A DNA stretch of 61,172 bases, filler included. It is 8 parts of 8 records of this genome, joined end to end, with 100 filler letters (N's around TTAATTAATTAA, not from the genome) between each part and the next. Parts side by side here need not be neighbours in the genome. Positions count along the whole stretch, not along the records: positions 1 to 10,260 come from SRR15195285_645; 7 more parts are not named here. One strand, 5' to 3'. Each line of letters begins with the position of its first letter. The stretch's first letter is position 1. The position numbers and the translations under genes were made by a program. Below, in pieces: positions 1 through 10,360 of this stretch. The notes under the pieces are model-generated. The model had not been told where the DNA came from. It saw only the letters and a list, made by a program, of their open reading frames with translations, and searched no databases.

Positions 1-943
1 GTACCGCGCGCCCCTGCGCGCTGTCAAACGCACAGAACTGCCCCGGGGCCGTAGCGCCCGCGTGCGCCTCCCACTTACACAACCATGAACATTACGCGCG
101 GTGGAATCGCAGCTTTCATTACAGATGCACTTCTGGACAATAAGCAAGACAAGAGTTTCGCGTGTACGACCTGCAAACGGACGGTGGTGTTACAACTAAC
201 CACAAAGACGCACCATGAGAGTTGCACAGTTGCTTCAAAGCCACCTACTTTGCCCAATAGCCACCGACCCCTAAGCGCACGATTGTGGCGCCCCCAGCTC
301 CCATGGCGCCACGGGGCTACAAAAGGGCACCACCCTGGCCCAGTCCTCCCCCACCACACCTAAGACCTGGCATAGCAACGTCTCAAAGCATTCGAGTTGC
401 TTTTTCTCCATTTCTCATGGCTTTTCTTCTTCCACTCACCAAGCTGGGCACATGCACCAGCGCTGATGTCATGCCACTGCGTGGCCGGCGCCGCGCGCGC
501 GTTTGTCCCCTGTGCGTATAACTCGGCGCGAGGGTGCAGATTTTGTACTACAATGCATCGATGTTCAGATTGGTGTGGGTTGAGCGGGGAGCGGACCGTA
601 GAATTGATAACTGGTATTCATTGCAGTTAAATACACCGCAATTAGATAGAGTCATTCACGACGGTGAAATAGAATTCACACCATCACTACTCGGTATCTT
701 CCATTTCCGAATTGCTGGGTGAGGACGGACACTCGTGCATGGGGAATGAATGCGTCAGACATTTGGGCGGTGCCACATTTTCACTAGTGAATATCGCCCT
801 CGGTACGGGAATCGGGTGCGGGGAGGAGTGCTCCACCGCCAGTATTGAATTCCCGTGTGTTTCCAACCATTCGTATAGCAATAAGCCAATCAGTCCGGAG
901 CGCCCTGAGCCGTTGACGGTACCGTACGTGGGCGCGCTGGAGG

Positions 944-1135
944 GGCAGAAGGGCAAGGGGAAGGGCAAGGGGTCGAACGTCTGGATCGTTCTCAGTGACT
1001 GTACGTTGCCCTTCTGCTGTGCGGCGACGGCCAAGCTCGCGGGTTTGCTAGTCGTACGCAGCCCCCTGAGGTGAGCTCCTCGCTAGCGAACAGTACTGGA
1101 GGCAGAAGGGCAAGGGGAAGGGGAAGGCGTCGAAC
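944..1135 (+). repeat. 35-nt direct repeat pair (944-978, 1101-1135) encoding QKGKGKGK-like peptides
   Basis: ggcagaagggcaaggggaagggcaaggggtcgaac vs ggcagaagggcaaggggaaggggaaggcgtcgaac, 33/35 identical. Confidence 0.8.
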
Positions 1136-1508
1136 ACGGACCGGAACGGGATGGTCCTGCTGCCGAGCCTCGCGCCGAACATGCTGGGGATCTGCCACTA
1201 CGAGAAGACCTGCCTCAACCCGAGCGTGAGTGGCGTGCAGTGCATCAGCGTTCGGGGTCGCTGTTCAGCCGTTCGCAACGCCTGCTGCGGTGGGGCTTGT
1301 GCGCCCAGCTTCAGCTTGCGTGGAGTTGGTTGCTGACTGCGCGGCTCGGTGCGCCGTCGTGCTTTGCGAGCAGATGTGGATGCCGCATTAGGGTCGCCAC
1401 CGCCTCCGCCGCCGCCGCCGCCGCCCGCGCTGAGAGCTCTGCTGACATTACGGCTGGCAGTGGATTTGCGGAGGTCCTACTTATTCTGACACCGAGCACG
1501 CCAACGAA

Positions 1509-4500
1509 ATGGTGCACACCGGCTCCACGTTCGACTGGTTCCTGCCCGTCAGTTCGGCAGAGATGCCGGCCATCCGGCTTTTCTGCTTCCCGCACGCTGG
1601 TGGGAGCGCCTCGAGCTTCTCGCACTGGGCCGGCAAGCTCTCGCCGAGAGTCGACGTTGTGGCGATAGCGCCTCCGGGCCGTGGAAACCGTATGCAGGAG
1701 CCGCTTCCGGACGACATTGCGGCCATGACGAGCACCATCGCAGACGGCCTCAAGTCTCAGAGCGACGTGCCCTTCGCATTCTTTGGGCACTCGTTTGGCT
1801 CTCTGGTAGCTTATGAGTGCGCTCGCGAATTGCAGAGGCGCGGTCAGCCAGCACCAGTGCTGCTCATTGCGTCCGCACACGAGGCCCCGCAGCTGAGTGG
1901 AAGTGAGCCGTCAACCTGGTTGCACGCGCTTCCAGACGACGAGTTCCTTGAAAAGGCTCAGGGGTGTGGCTTCATCCCGGAAGAGGCCGCGCATAATGCT
2001 GAGCTCCTTGCCATCCTTGCGCCGGTGCTTCGAGCAGACCTCCGCCTGAACGAGACATACAAGCACGAAGATTCGGCGCACCTGCTGACCTGTCCTGTGG
2101 CAGCCTTCGGCGGCAGTGCGGACCTGATCAAGCCTGACACTCTACAGGCTTGGCAAACTGTATCTGCCGGGGAATGTCCAGAGGTGAGGCTTTTCAGTGG
2201 TGGGCACTTTTACCAGGACGAGAACGACGCAGCGCTGTCGGCCATTGACGAAGAGCTTTTGTCGGTGACGCGCACGCTGCCGCCCTCTGTCATTGAGGGT
2301 GGACTGGAGCCCCACTACACGACTGACCCCAGCACCGCGAAACTTTGCCACGAGCTTTTTGATGAGCAGGCCCGCCGCACCCCGGATACAATCGCGATTG
2401 TCGATGTCCACCGAGAGCTGACATACGAGCAGCTGCGTTTGGAGAGTGATCTGCTGGCACGAAAAATCCAGCAGCTCGGTGGCGGCAAAGGATCAATCAT
2501 CGGCAGCTATATGCCCCACAGAGCTGAGTACATCATTGGCAAGCTGGCCATTTTCAAAGCTGGTGGCGCGATTTTTCCGCTGGAGACAAACTACCCACCG
2601 TCATTGATAGATGAGCTGGCTGAGATGGCCGGCATCGACATCGTGCTCACTATTGAAGAGATGAAAGGTATGCTACCGACGCAGCTGCGCAACGACGACC
2701 ACAGCGTCTGCCTCGAAGGCGAGTGGTATGCCACGTTACAAAAAGCAGCTCTACCAGAACTGCGAGATCCAGGCGTCTGTCTGGCCGATCCTGCCTATGT
2801 AACTATGACTAGCGGGAGCACAGGCCGGCCAAAAGGTATCGTCAATGCCCATATAGGAGCGACTTGCAATTTCCTCGCCAGATTTGACCTGGTCCCGTAC
2901 CATCAGGGCGAGCGCGAAGCACTGAACGTCTTCTTCGTGTGGGAGTGTGTGAGACCTCTACTCAAAGGCGCGACTGCGTACATCATCCCAGATGACGTGA
3001 TCTTCGATCCGAAACAACTCGCCAATTTCATTCACGAGCACGGTATCACACGTCTGATGACGACCACACAACTGTTGGAAGCGATTCTTGAGTACCCTGG
3101 GCTGAATGTTGCCACAAAGTTGGACAGCATCTGCTGCTGGTACCTCGAGGGCGAGCCGGTTCCTGCCCGTGTGGTGAATAAGTGGCTCGCAGAGCTGGGA
3201 AACAGTCACGGCCTGTACAATGTTTATTCGACATGGGAGTCTCTTGACTGCTCCTACGCCCATCTGGACCAGGAGATCTTGACATCCAAATTCGCCCCCA
3301 TCGGGTTACCGATAAAGAATGTCACTATCTACCTCATGACAGGAGAAGATCATAAGGAAATTGCCCCGCTCGGCAGCCCTGGCGAGATTTACATCGACTC
3401 CCCAGGCCTCGCACTGTCGTACTTGGGTGATCCTGTGAAGACCGCAGAACGTTTTTTGACAGTCGATGTCACTGTAGACGGCAAGTTAAAATCTTTGCGA
3501 CTTTACAGGACTGGAGACCGGGGGCGTGTGCTCCCGACGGGTGAATTGGAGTGCATGGGTCGCATGGACTCGACTGTCAAGATACGAGGTTTCAAGGTCA
3601 GCATTCCCTTCGTCGAATCAACGATCAAGGAACACCCACGGGTCGCCACAGCTGCCATTATGCCACAGATGGACACATCAACGAACATAGCGAAATCTCT
3701 TGCTGCATATATTGTGGGAAAGGACGGCAAACTGCCAGAGACTCACCTGCAAGAACTTAAGGACGACCTGCAGCTTGCACTGCCGTCTTTCGCATTTCCG
3801 CAACACTGGATACTGTTGGATAAGCTACCTACCAAGGGCGGGGAGTCCCGAAAGTTAGATAGACAGGCGCTGCCGCCCGTCGAGACGTCGGTTAAAGCAC
3901 CGACTGCCGGAGATAATCCAAGCGCTAAGATGGCTGCAAAGGCCGCTTCTCGGCTTGAGGAGGTTGTCCTTGAGTGCTGGTCAGCTGTGCTGGGCCTTGG
4001 TTTCGATACAATCTCGACGTCCGATAACTTCTTCGAAGTTGGTGGGCACTCGCTCCTTGCTGCCAAGCTGGTCGGAGAGCTCGGCCAAAAGTATGGAATC
4101 AATGCGTCAGTACTAGACATTTACGACCACCCGACGATCGTCACACTCGCGCAGCATCTTGGGCATGATGATTCGTTGACTCATCACACTGAGGAGCACA
4201 ATCCTCAAAGAAAACAGCGTCAACATAGGGACATCTCAGCAATGGCAATCGTTGGTCTAGCTGGACGCTTCCCCGGTGCCAACAGCGTCGAAGAATTTTG
4301 GGGTAATTTGAAGACGGGGCATGACGCCCTGCGCCGGTTCACGAAGGAGGAACTCGTTTCTTGTGGCGTTCCGACAGAAGTGTATAATCATCCCGATTAT
4401 GTCCCTGCGGGGCAAGTCTGCGACGATGTTGATAAATTCGACTCTGCGTTTTGGAGCATTGGGAAGCTTGAGGCTGAGATCATGGACCCTCAGCATCGTG

Positions 4501-7500
4501 TGTTTATGGAGGTCGCGTGGCACGCAATGGAAGCTGCTGGGTACGCGCCTCGTACGGGTACGCCCACCTCTTGCGGAGTGTTCGCTGCCAGCGGTATCGA
4601 TGGTTACCTGATTCACCACTTAAATGGCGGCGCACTGAAAACTCCACTCGAGCCAGGCGCGTTGTTCATGACTGAAGTTGGCTCCGAGAAAGACTACATC
4701 GCTACTCGCGTGGCATTCGCGCTGAACCTTCACGGGCCGGCAATTGCTGTTAACAGTGCCTGCTCAAGCGGCCTTGTCGCGGTGGCACAAGCAGCGCAAT
4801 CGATTGGCGCTGGTGCGATAGATATGGCCATTGCGGGAGCTAGCAGCCTGACGTTCCCAAATACTGGCTATCTCTGGGAAGAAAACTTGGTTTATTCTCG
4901 CGACGGGCACGTCAAACCGTTTGACCAGGGTGCAGCAGGTACAGTATTTGGAGACAGTGTAGGAGCTGTTGTGCTAAAAGTCCTGGACGATGCGATTGAA
5001 GATGGAGACAATATCGTCGCTCTATTGAGTGGCTCGAGTATCACAAACGATGGCGGGGTCAAAGCTGGTTATACTGCGCCAGCAGCATCCGGTCAAAGAG
5101 CTGCAATCGTCGCAGCCCAGCAGGCAGCAGGTGTCACTGCCCGCGATGTCTCGTATGTCGAATGCCATGCCACTGCGACAAATATTGGCGACGGCATCGA
5201 GCTACGCGGTTTGACAGATGCATTTGCCTTGACCCTTGATAAAGCAGACCCATACTCTCAGCGATTCTGTGCCATCGGATCAGTCAAAGGAAACATTGGG
5301 CATGCAAATTGTGCCGCCGGTCTGACAGGGCTCATCAAGACAGTGCTGTGCCTGAAGAATCGGCAGCTCGTGCCGACGGCTCACTTCAAGAAGCTCAATG
5401 GTAGCATATCGATCCGTCAAGACAGTCCGTTTTTTGTCAACGAACGTCTCGTCGATTGGATTCCCGACGGGCTTAAAATTCGTGGGCCACTCACTGCCGG
5501 AATATCGAGCTTCGGCATTGGAGGAACTAACGCGCACGCCATACTGCGCGAATGGACTCCTGAGCAACGTACCTCTCAGCTGCAGAGAGGCGGCGAAGGG
5601 CGCGGCATACACGTCCTCACAGCAAGTGCAAAGAGTCCATCCTCGCTCAAGGAGATGCTGAACAAGCTTGCAGATCACGTGGAGGACGAGTCAACCGACC
5701 TCACTGACACCGCATTTACGCTACATCAGGGACGTGAAGAGTTTCCCTTTCGTGCTGCGGTTGTCTGTGATTCAAGCGATCGTTCCGGGGCCTGCGATGC
5801 ACTCCGTACTTATCCTGCGGTAGAGAAATGCAAGGCAAACCCAAGTGTAGTCATGTGTTTTCCTGGACAAGGATCCCAATACGTGAACATGGGCAGCGGT
5901 CTGTACGAAACTGAGCATATCTACAGAAAGCATTTCGACACGTGTTGCCAGCTGCTGCAGCCAATTGTTTCTTACGACCTCCGGGCAAAGCTCTTCAATG
6001 ATTCGACCGATGTGGCGGCTCAGAGTTTTGCCGAAGCGTTCAACAGCGACCCAGTTGTGGTCCAAACTTCTATCTTCGCAGTTGAGTATGCGCTGGCGAA
6101 GTTCTTGATCGAAAGCACAGGGATCAAACCAATTGCGATGGTAGGACATTCGATCGGAGAATATGCTGCAGCGGCTGTGTCTGGTTTAATGACGCTAGAA
6201 GATGCGCTCGGCATGGTGGTTACGCGTGCCAAGAGCATGAATGAAAGCTGTGATCACGGATCGATGCTGTCGGTCAAGATGCCAGTGGAAGCAGCCCGTC
6301 AGTACGTGGAAGAGCGTGGCGAGGTGTGGCTGGCATGCGAAAACTCACCAGAGCATGTAGTATTTTCATGTTCACCTGAATCTATCGAACCTATCACTGC
6401 CGAGCTGAGTGAGCGCGGTTTCAAAGTGGCCGCGCTAAAGGTAACACATGGCTTTCATTCGCCAATGGTGCAACCAGCAGCAGATGCAGTAGCAGCATAT
6501 GCAAAGGGTATCAAGTTGGTGACTCCAGAAATTCCCATGACATCAAACGTTTCTGGCGGGTGGTTGTCAGACGATGATCTTACTACATCACGGTGGGCGG
6601 AACACGTTATCGGCACAGTCAAATTCGTTGATAATATTGAGACTGTCTGCAAGTGGAAACCGACGGCATTTGTGGAAGTAGGCCCAGGCACCTCACTGTG
6701 CTCTCTGATACGCATGTGCCTTGCGTCTGCAGAAGATCCTGCCGTGTGTATCCCAGCGATGCGGCACCCTAAGGCTACGGGAACGTCAGATCAGCACGCA
6801 TTGACAAGCATGATCTCCAAGTTTTGGTCCATTGGAAACAAAATTGACTGGGCTGCCTACCACTCTGGCGAGCGGGCTCTGCGAACCCCTGTTCCAGGCT
6901 ACGGCTTTGAGAAGACGTCGTGTTGGAAACACCCAGAAAAGTCGATATATGTGCCTACACCTCCTTCGAAGAAGGCCAAGCGATCGAAGAAGAAAAATCG
7001 CCAACGGGAAAGCTCTGCAAACCTGGTCCGCTACGGCAACGAACTATCTGCACAGACGATTGCGATTTACTGTTTTCCATTCGCTGGTGGATCCAGCGCA
7101 GCTTTTGTCGACTGGGCTCATTCGTGCCCTTCGTGGATGGACATTGTTGCTGTTGAGCTACCTGGTCGGGGATCTATGGCAGGTGACGCTCTGCCAGCTT
7201 CGCATGCGGATGACATCGCGCTTGTCAACGAACTAGCACGTCAGATCCGTGAAGACTTCAATGCATCGTCGGCAACTGGTATTGCGATGGTTGGACTATC
7301 TATGGGTGTGCTGATGGCGATTGAAACGCAGCAGCTGCTGGTTGACTTGCCGATCATCCACAGTTTCTTTGCCGGACGAGCGCCGGTGCGAGACTCAAGC
7401 CATGCATCTGTGCTGGACCAGACATCAATCGACAGCCTCAATCTGGCACCGGTTGAAGTGACGGAATCAGAGGCGTGGGAAAGCTACTTCCTTCCAATGC

Positions 7501-9563
7501 TAACTGCTGACCTCGCCTCGGACTCCCGCGCTGCCAGTCGCCTCTCCACTGGGGAGAAGCCTGCAAGTATCCGTGGCGATGTGGATGTGTTTTGTGGACT
7601 GTCTGATCCATCGTTTGCACCAGAAAGTGCCGATCAGTGGCGCGAGCTGGCCTCAGCTGATGCACTATTTGACCAGCACTACTTCGTCGGAGGGCACGAG
7701 TTCCTCAAGACGTGTGCTGAGCAAATTTTTGGACGCATTCAAGCGTCACTCTCTGTCAAGATTGCTGATTCTTTTGGAGCACTTGGAGCTTCTTCCACCC
7801 TGCAATCACACGATACAGGCTCGCCCAGTCATTCCGATATGATCAGCTGCGTTGCATGGGAACGTGCACCTTACCTACCGTTGACTGACCCGTCAGTCTC
7901 TGCTGATTACTGCTCACTTGTGCTCGACAGTTCCGAAGTACAGATTACCGATGAGCATGTTGGTGCGTTCAGAAGTGATGCTGGACTTGTGATCGTGGTT
8001 GCCAACGCGATAGAAGTTATGGCCAAGGACGCGTGCGACAACGGCGTCACCGATGAAGACCCTTCCTGGATCCAGGAAGATGAAAATCAGTGTTGGCGGT
8101 TGCTGCAGATAGTGAATCAGCTGGCTGAGCGAAATGTATCTGGCCGCCTGACTCTATTGTGTGATGCGTCTGTACGTGGCGCGATGGCAGTCGGTGCTTC
8201 AAAATCGATCCCGCTAGAAATGCCCGAGATCTTCTGCCAACGAATATTTGTTAAGCACGGGAAGCACTGGATCAGCCGTCCTGACACGTCAGCAGCCGAT
8301 GTGGTGACACTAGCCTTGGCTGCGGCTCAGCCTTATCGCAAGGAGACTGATATTCTCGTAGACTTTGGGCGTCAACACCGGCGGCGCTTGGCAGTGCCAT
8401 CTGTGTTTGTATGTAGGCTCCAGCCCTTTGTCCAGGCCCTCACGCAACCCTCTGTTGGTGCAGCCGACGGTCTTTTCGTTCCGCAGGCAAGCTATATTAT
8501 CACCGGAGGTCTCGGTGGCGTTGGGCTAGCATTAGTGGACTGGATGATTGATGCAAATCAAGTTGAGCCCAACAATATCGTCATACTCTCCCGGCGTGAG
8601 TACAAACAGGCATTGGGTCCGCGTGGTACTCGTGTCATACAGGCTGATGTTAGCGACGGTACGTCATTGCTGACAAACGATGCACTCACACAGCTCGGTG
8701 ATGTTGCCGGGATCTTTCACCTGGCAGGGGTACTCGACGACGGATTGATTTCTTCTATGACCCAAAGTCGCGTTGCGGACGTTGTCAAGCCGAAAGCATC
8801 GGGTGTTATGAATTTGTTGAGCTTGGCGGACCGAGCTGGCTGGGACCTTGAATTCTTGCTGTGTTCTTCTTCGACCTCATCGCTTGCAGGGTACGCGGGG
8901 CAGTCGAACTACTGTGCAGCCAACCAGGTACTGGATCACCTTGGCCAGGGCTGGGGGGTTTCATCTAGCACATCAAAGCCTTCTCTTGACACCAGTATAA
9001 AACTCGTAACAATCAATTTCGGTCCTTGGGGAGAAGCAGGAATGGCGGCCAAGGGTACACGTGCATACCAACTGTCTGTAGAGTCGGGGCAGACACCGAT
9101 GAGCAATGCCTCGGGCATGCAATGTATCGGCTGGGCGCTCCTGCACTCACTCAGCCAGCCAGATCGAGCGTTCCAGTTTGCCGTTTGCGACTGTGACTGG
9201 CCACGTACTCCGTGGGCCGGGCTCCCACTGATCAGTCACCTTGAGCAACGGCCAGCTGGAAATCTTGACGACGCAACAAGCGAGGACGAGGAGATGACAG
9301 ACCGAGCGACCGACAAAGAGGCCGATGAAGCAAGCCACGACAGTGCCGTGGTTGCATTTCTTCGAGACCGTGTGCCGGGTCGATGGGACCCGAAAGAGAC
9401 ACTGTCGGAGCTTGGGATGGACTCATTGGATACAGTGCAGTTGCGGAACGGATTCAATAAGGTCTTCTCGCCCTCCACTCCCGCTAAAATGTCTCTGTTC
9501 ACCGATCCGAGCACAACGCTTGGCGCGCTCATTTCTGCGCTGGAGGAGACTGTGGCTGCATAG
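1509..9563 (+). CDS. Hybrid NRPS-PKS megasynthase, TE-A-T-KS-AT-TE-KR-T (BurA-like; candidate gonyol/sulfonium-acid extending synthase)
   Basis: Uninterrupted 2684-aa ORF. TE1: FPHAGG, GHSFG (~1785), GGHFY. A domain: TSGSTGRPKG (~2810), YRTGD, GRMDSTVKIRG. T1: FFEVGGHSL (~4040). KS: NSACSS (Cys ~4761), ECHATAT, SVKGNIGH. AT: FPGQGSQ, GHSIGE (~6144), HGFH. TE2: FPFAGG, GLSMG (~7293), GGHEF. KR: ITGGLGGVG (~8505), GQSNYCAAN. T2: LGMDSL (~9420). Confidence 0.95.
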   Translation: MVHTGSTFDWFLPVSSAEMPAIRLFCFPHAGGSASSFSHWAGKLSPRVDVVAIAPPGRGNRMQEPLPDDIAAMTSTIADGLKSQSDVPFAFFGHSFGSLVAYECARELQRRGQPAPVLLIASAHEAPQLSGSEPSTWLHALPDDEFLEKAQGCGFIPEEAAHNAELLAILAPVLRADLRLNETYKHEDSAHLLTCPVAAFGGSADLIKPDTLQAWQTVSAGECPEVRLFSGGHFYQDENDAALSAIDEELLSVTRTLPPSVIEGGLEPHYTTDPSTAKLCHELFDEQARRTPDTIAIVDVHRELTYEQLRLESDLLARKIQQLGGGKGSIIGSYMPHRAEYIIGKLAIFKAGGAIFPLETNYPPSLIDELAEMAGIDIVLTIEEMKGMLPTQLRNDDHSVCLEGEWYATLQKAALPELRDPGVCLADPAYVTMTSGSTGRPKGIVNAHIGATCNFLARFDLVPYHQGEREALNVFFVWECVRPLLKGATAYIIPDDVIFDPKQLANFIHEHGITRLMTTTQLLEAILEYPGLNVATKLDSICCWYLEGEPVPARVVNKWLAELGNSHGLYNVYSTWESLDCSYAHLDQEILTSKFAPIGLPIKNVTIYLMTGEDHKEIAPLGSPGEIYIDSPGLALSYLGDPVKTAERFLTVDVTVDGKLKSLRLYRTGDRGRVLPTGELECMGRMDSTVKIRGFKVSIPFVESTIKEHPRVATAAIMPQMDTSTNIAKSLAAYIVGKDGKLPETHLQELKDDLQLALPSFAFPQHWILLDKLPTKGGESRKLDRQALPPVETSVKAPTAGDNPSAKMAAKAASRLEEVVLECWSAVLGLGFDTISTSDNFFEVGGHSLLAAKLVGELGQKYGINASVLDIYDHPTIVTLAQHLGHDDSLTHHTEEHNPQRKQRQHRDISAMAIVGLAGRFPGANSVEEFWGNLKTGHDALRRFTKEELVSCGVPTEVYNHPDYVPAGQVCDDVDKFDSAFWSIGKLEAEIMDPQHRVFMEVAWHAMEAAGYAPRTGTPTSCGVFAASGIDGYLIHHLNGGALKTPLEPGALFMTEVGSEKDYIATRVAFALNLHGPAIAVNSACSSGLVAVAQAAQSIGAGAIDMAIAGASSLTFPNTGYLWEENLVYSRDGHVKPFDQGAAGTVFGDSVGAVVLKVLDDAIEDGDNIVALLSGSSITNDGGVKAGYTAPAASGQRAAIVAAQQAAGVTARDVSYVECHATATNIGDGIELRGLTDAFALTLDKADPYSQRFCAIGSVKGNIGHANCAAGLTGLIKTVLCLKNRQLVPTAHFKKLNGSISIRQDSPFFVNERLVDWIPDGLKIRGPLTAGISSFGIGGTNAHAILREWTPEQRTSQLQRGGEGRGIHVLTASAKSPSSLKEMLNKLADHVEDESTDLTDTAFTLHQGREEFPFRAAVVCDSSDRSGACDALRTYPAVEKCKANPSVVMCFPGQGSQYVNMGSGLYETEHIYRKHFDTCCQLLQPIVSYDLRAKLFNDSTDVAAQSFAEAFNSDPVVVQTSIFAVEYALAKFLIESTGIKPIAMVGHSIGEYAAAAVSGLMTLEDALGMVVTRAKSMNESCDHGSMLSVKMPVEAARQYVEERGEVWLACENSPEHVVFSCSPESIEPITAELSERGFKVAALKVTHGFHSPMVQPAADAVAAYAKGIKLVTPEIPMTSNVSGGWLSDDDLTTSRWAEHVIGTVKFVDNIETVCKWKPTAFVEVGPGTSLCSLIRMCLASAEDPAVCIPAMRHPKATGTSDQHALTSMISKFWSIGNKIDWAAYHSGERALRTPVPGYGFEKTSCWKHPEKSIYVPTPPSKKAKRSKKKNRQRESSANLVRYGNELSAQTIAIYCFPFAGGSSAAFVDWAHSCPSWMDIVAVELPGRGSMAGDALPASHADDIALVNELARQIREDFNASSATGIAMVGLSMGVLMAIETQQLLVDLPIIHSFFAGRAPVRDSSHASVLDQTSIDSLNLAPVEVTESEAWESYFLPMLTADLASDSRAASRLSTGEKPASIRGDVDVFCGLSDPSFAPESADQWRELASADALFDQHYFVGGHEFLKTCAEQIFGRIQASLSVKIADSFGALGASSTLQSHDTGSPSHSDMISCVAWERAPYLPLTDPSVSADYCSLVLDSSEVQITDEHVGAFRSDAGLVIVVANAIEVMAKDACDNGVTDEDPSWIQEDENQCWRLLQIVNQLAERNVSGRLTLLCDASVRGAMAVGASKSIPLEMPEIFCQRIFVKHGKHWISRPDTSAADVVTLALAAAQPYRKETDILVDFGRQHRRRLAVPSVFVCRLQPFVQALTQPSVGAADGLFVPQASYIITGGLGGVGLALVDWMIDANQVEPNNIVILSRREYKQALGPRGTRVIQADVSDGTSLLTNDALTQLGDVAGIFHLAGVLDDGLISSMTQSRVADVVKPKASGVMNLLSLADRAGWDLEFLLCSSSTSSLAGYAGQSNYCAANQVLDHLGQGWGVSSSTSKPSLDTSIKLVTINFGPWGEAGMAAKGTRAYQLSVESGQTPMSNASGMQCIGWALLHSLSQPDRAFQFAVCDCDWPRTPWAGLPLISHLEQRPAGNLDDATSEDEEMTDRATDKEADEASHDSAVVAFLRDRVPGRWDPKETLSELGMDSLDTVQLRNGFNKVFSPSTPAKMSLFTDPSTTLGALISALEETVAA

Positions 9564-9730
9564 ACGACATCCTCACTTTTCGAACGTAAAACCTAATGCA
9601 AGACTAAAGAAATAAACTAAAACATCAGAAAATTCCAACTGAGAACATAGTCGCCAGTATGACATTGCATTCTACAGCTTTTGTGAAGGCTCACTGTTCA
9701 AAACCACCACATTCTCTCCGGGCAGAGCCT

Positions 9731-10258
9731 CTAACCAAATGGATTGAATCCACCGACCTGAAGCTTGCCTTTCTTCTTGCTGGTATCATCGAACGGCTCC
9801 TGGTCAACGTCTCCATCACAAAGCTGCCTAGCTGGGAATCGAAGCTTGCATGCTGGCCAGCTGCCAGAAGACGGCTTAGTCATCAGCCCTGCGCCGTCAC
9901 GCGCCCGCACAAAAACAATCGGCATCTTAACGTCCTGGTCGTCCGGTCCACCATCGATGGTGAAAAGATCATCGTCTGTGTTAACGAACAGTGCAGCTAC
10001 GGCGCCCGCGTTCTGGATGCTGATAGCCTTCTCGACGAATGGCACCTCGCCTCGCTCGGCAACAGCGATGTTGCCAGCAAGGTGGGCAGCATTCCCAATG
10101 ATGCCGTTGGCCTTGATTGGATCCACCGCCACGGCGGTGACGTCGAAGTCACAGTTTGACGCGCCGAAGCGTGCATGTGCGAACTCAACGGCAGTGCCAT
10201 CGATCAGCAGCTCTCGGGTGGAAACCGATTCAGGCTCAGGCTCAGGCTCGGGCTCAGG
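9731..10258 (-). CDS. 3' fragment of a protease-associated (PA) domain protein
   Basis: Frame is open from the contig end: EPEPEP...AHARFG...LAGNIAVAERGEVPFVEKAISIQNAGAVAALFVN...VKMPIVFV, a classic PA-domain pattern. 5' truncated at the linker. Confidence 0.75.
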   Translation of the reverse strand, partial: PEPEPEPEPESVSTRELLIDGTAVEFAHARFGASNCDFDVTAVAVDPIKANGIIGNAAHLAGNIAVAERGEVPFVEKAISIQNAGAVAALFVNTDDDLFTIDGGPDDQDVKMPIVFVRARDGAGLMTKPSSGSWPACKLRFPARQLCDGDVDQEPFDDTSKKKGKLQVGGFNPFG

Positions 10259-10260
10259 CT

Positions 10261-10360
10261 NNNNNNNNNNNNNNNNNNNNNNNNNNNNNNNNNNNNNNNN
10301 NNNNTTAATTAATTAANNNNNNNNNNNNNNNNNNNNNNNNNNNNNNNNNNNNNNNNNNNN
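10261..10360. other. Artificial contig linker
   Basis: 44 N + TTAATTAATTAA (stops in all six frames) + 44 N. Confidence 0.98.

Noticed and set aside
1-900. Short ORFs at the window start
   Set aside because: No recognisable domains or consistent coding signal; treated as intergenic or degenerate sequence.
10305-10316. Repeated TTAATTAATTAA palindrome as a biological site
   Set aside because: It is always centred in an identical 100-bp N block, so it is a concatenation spacer. ORFs that run into it, ending in X runs or LIN, are artefacts.
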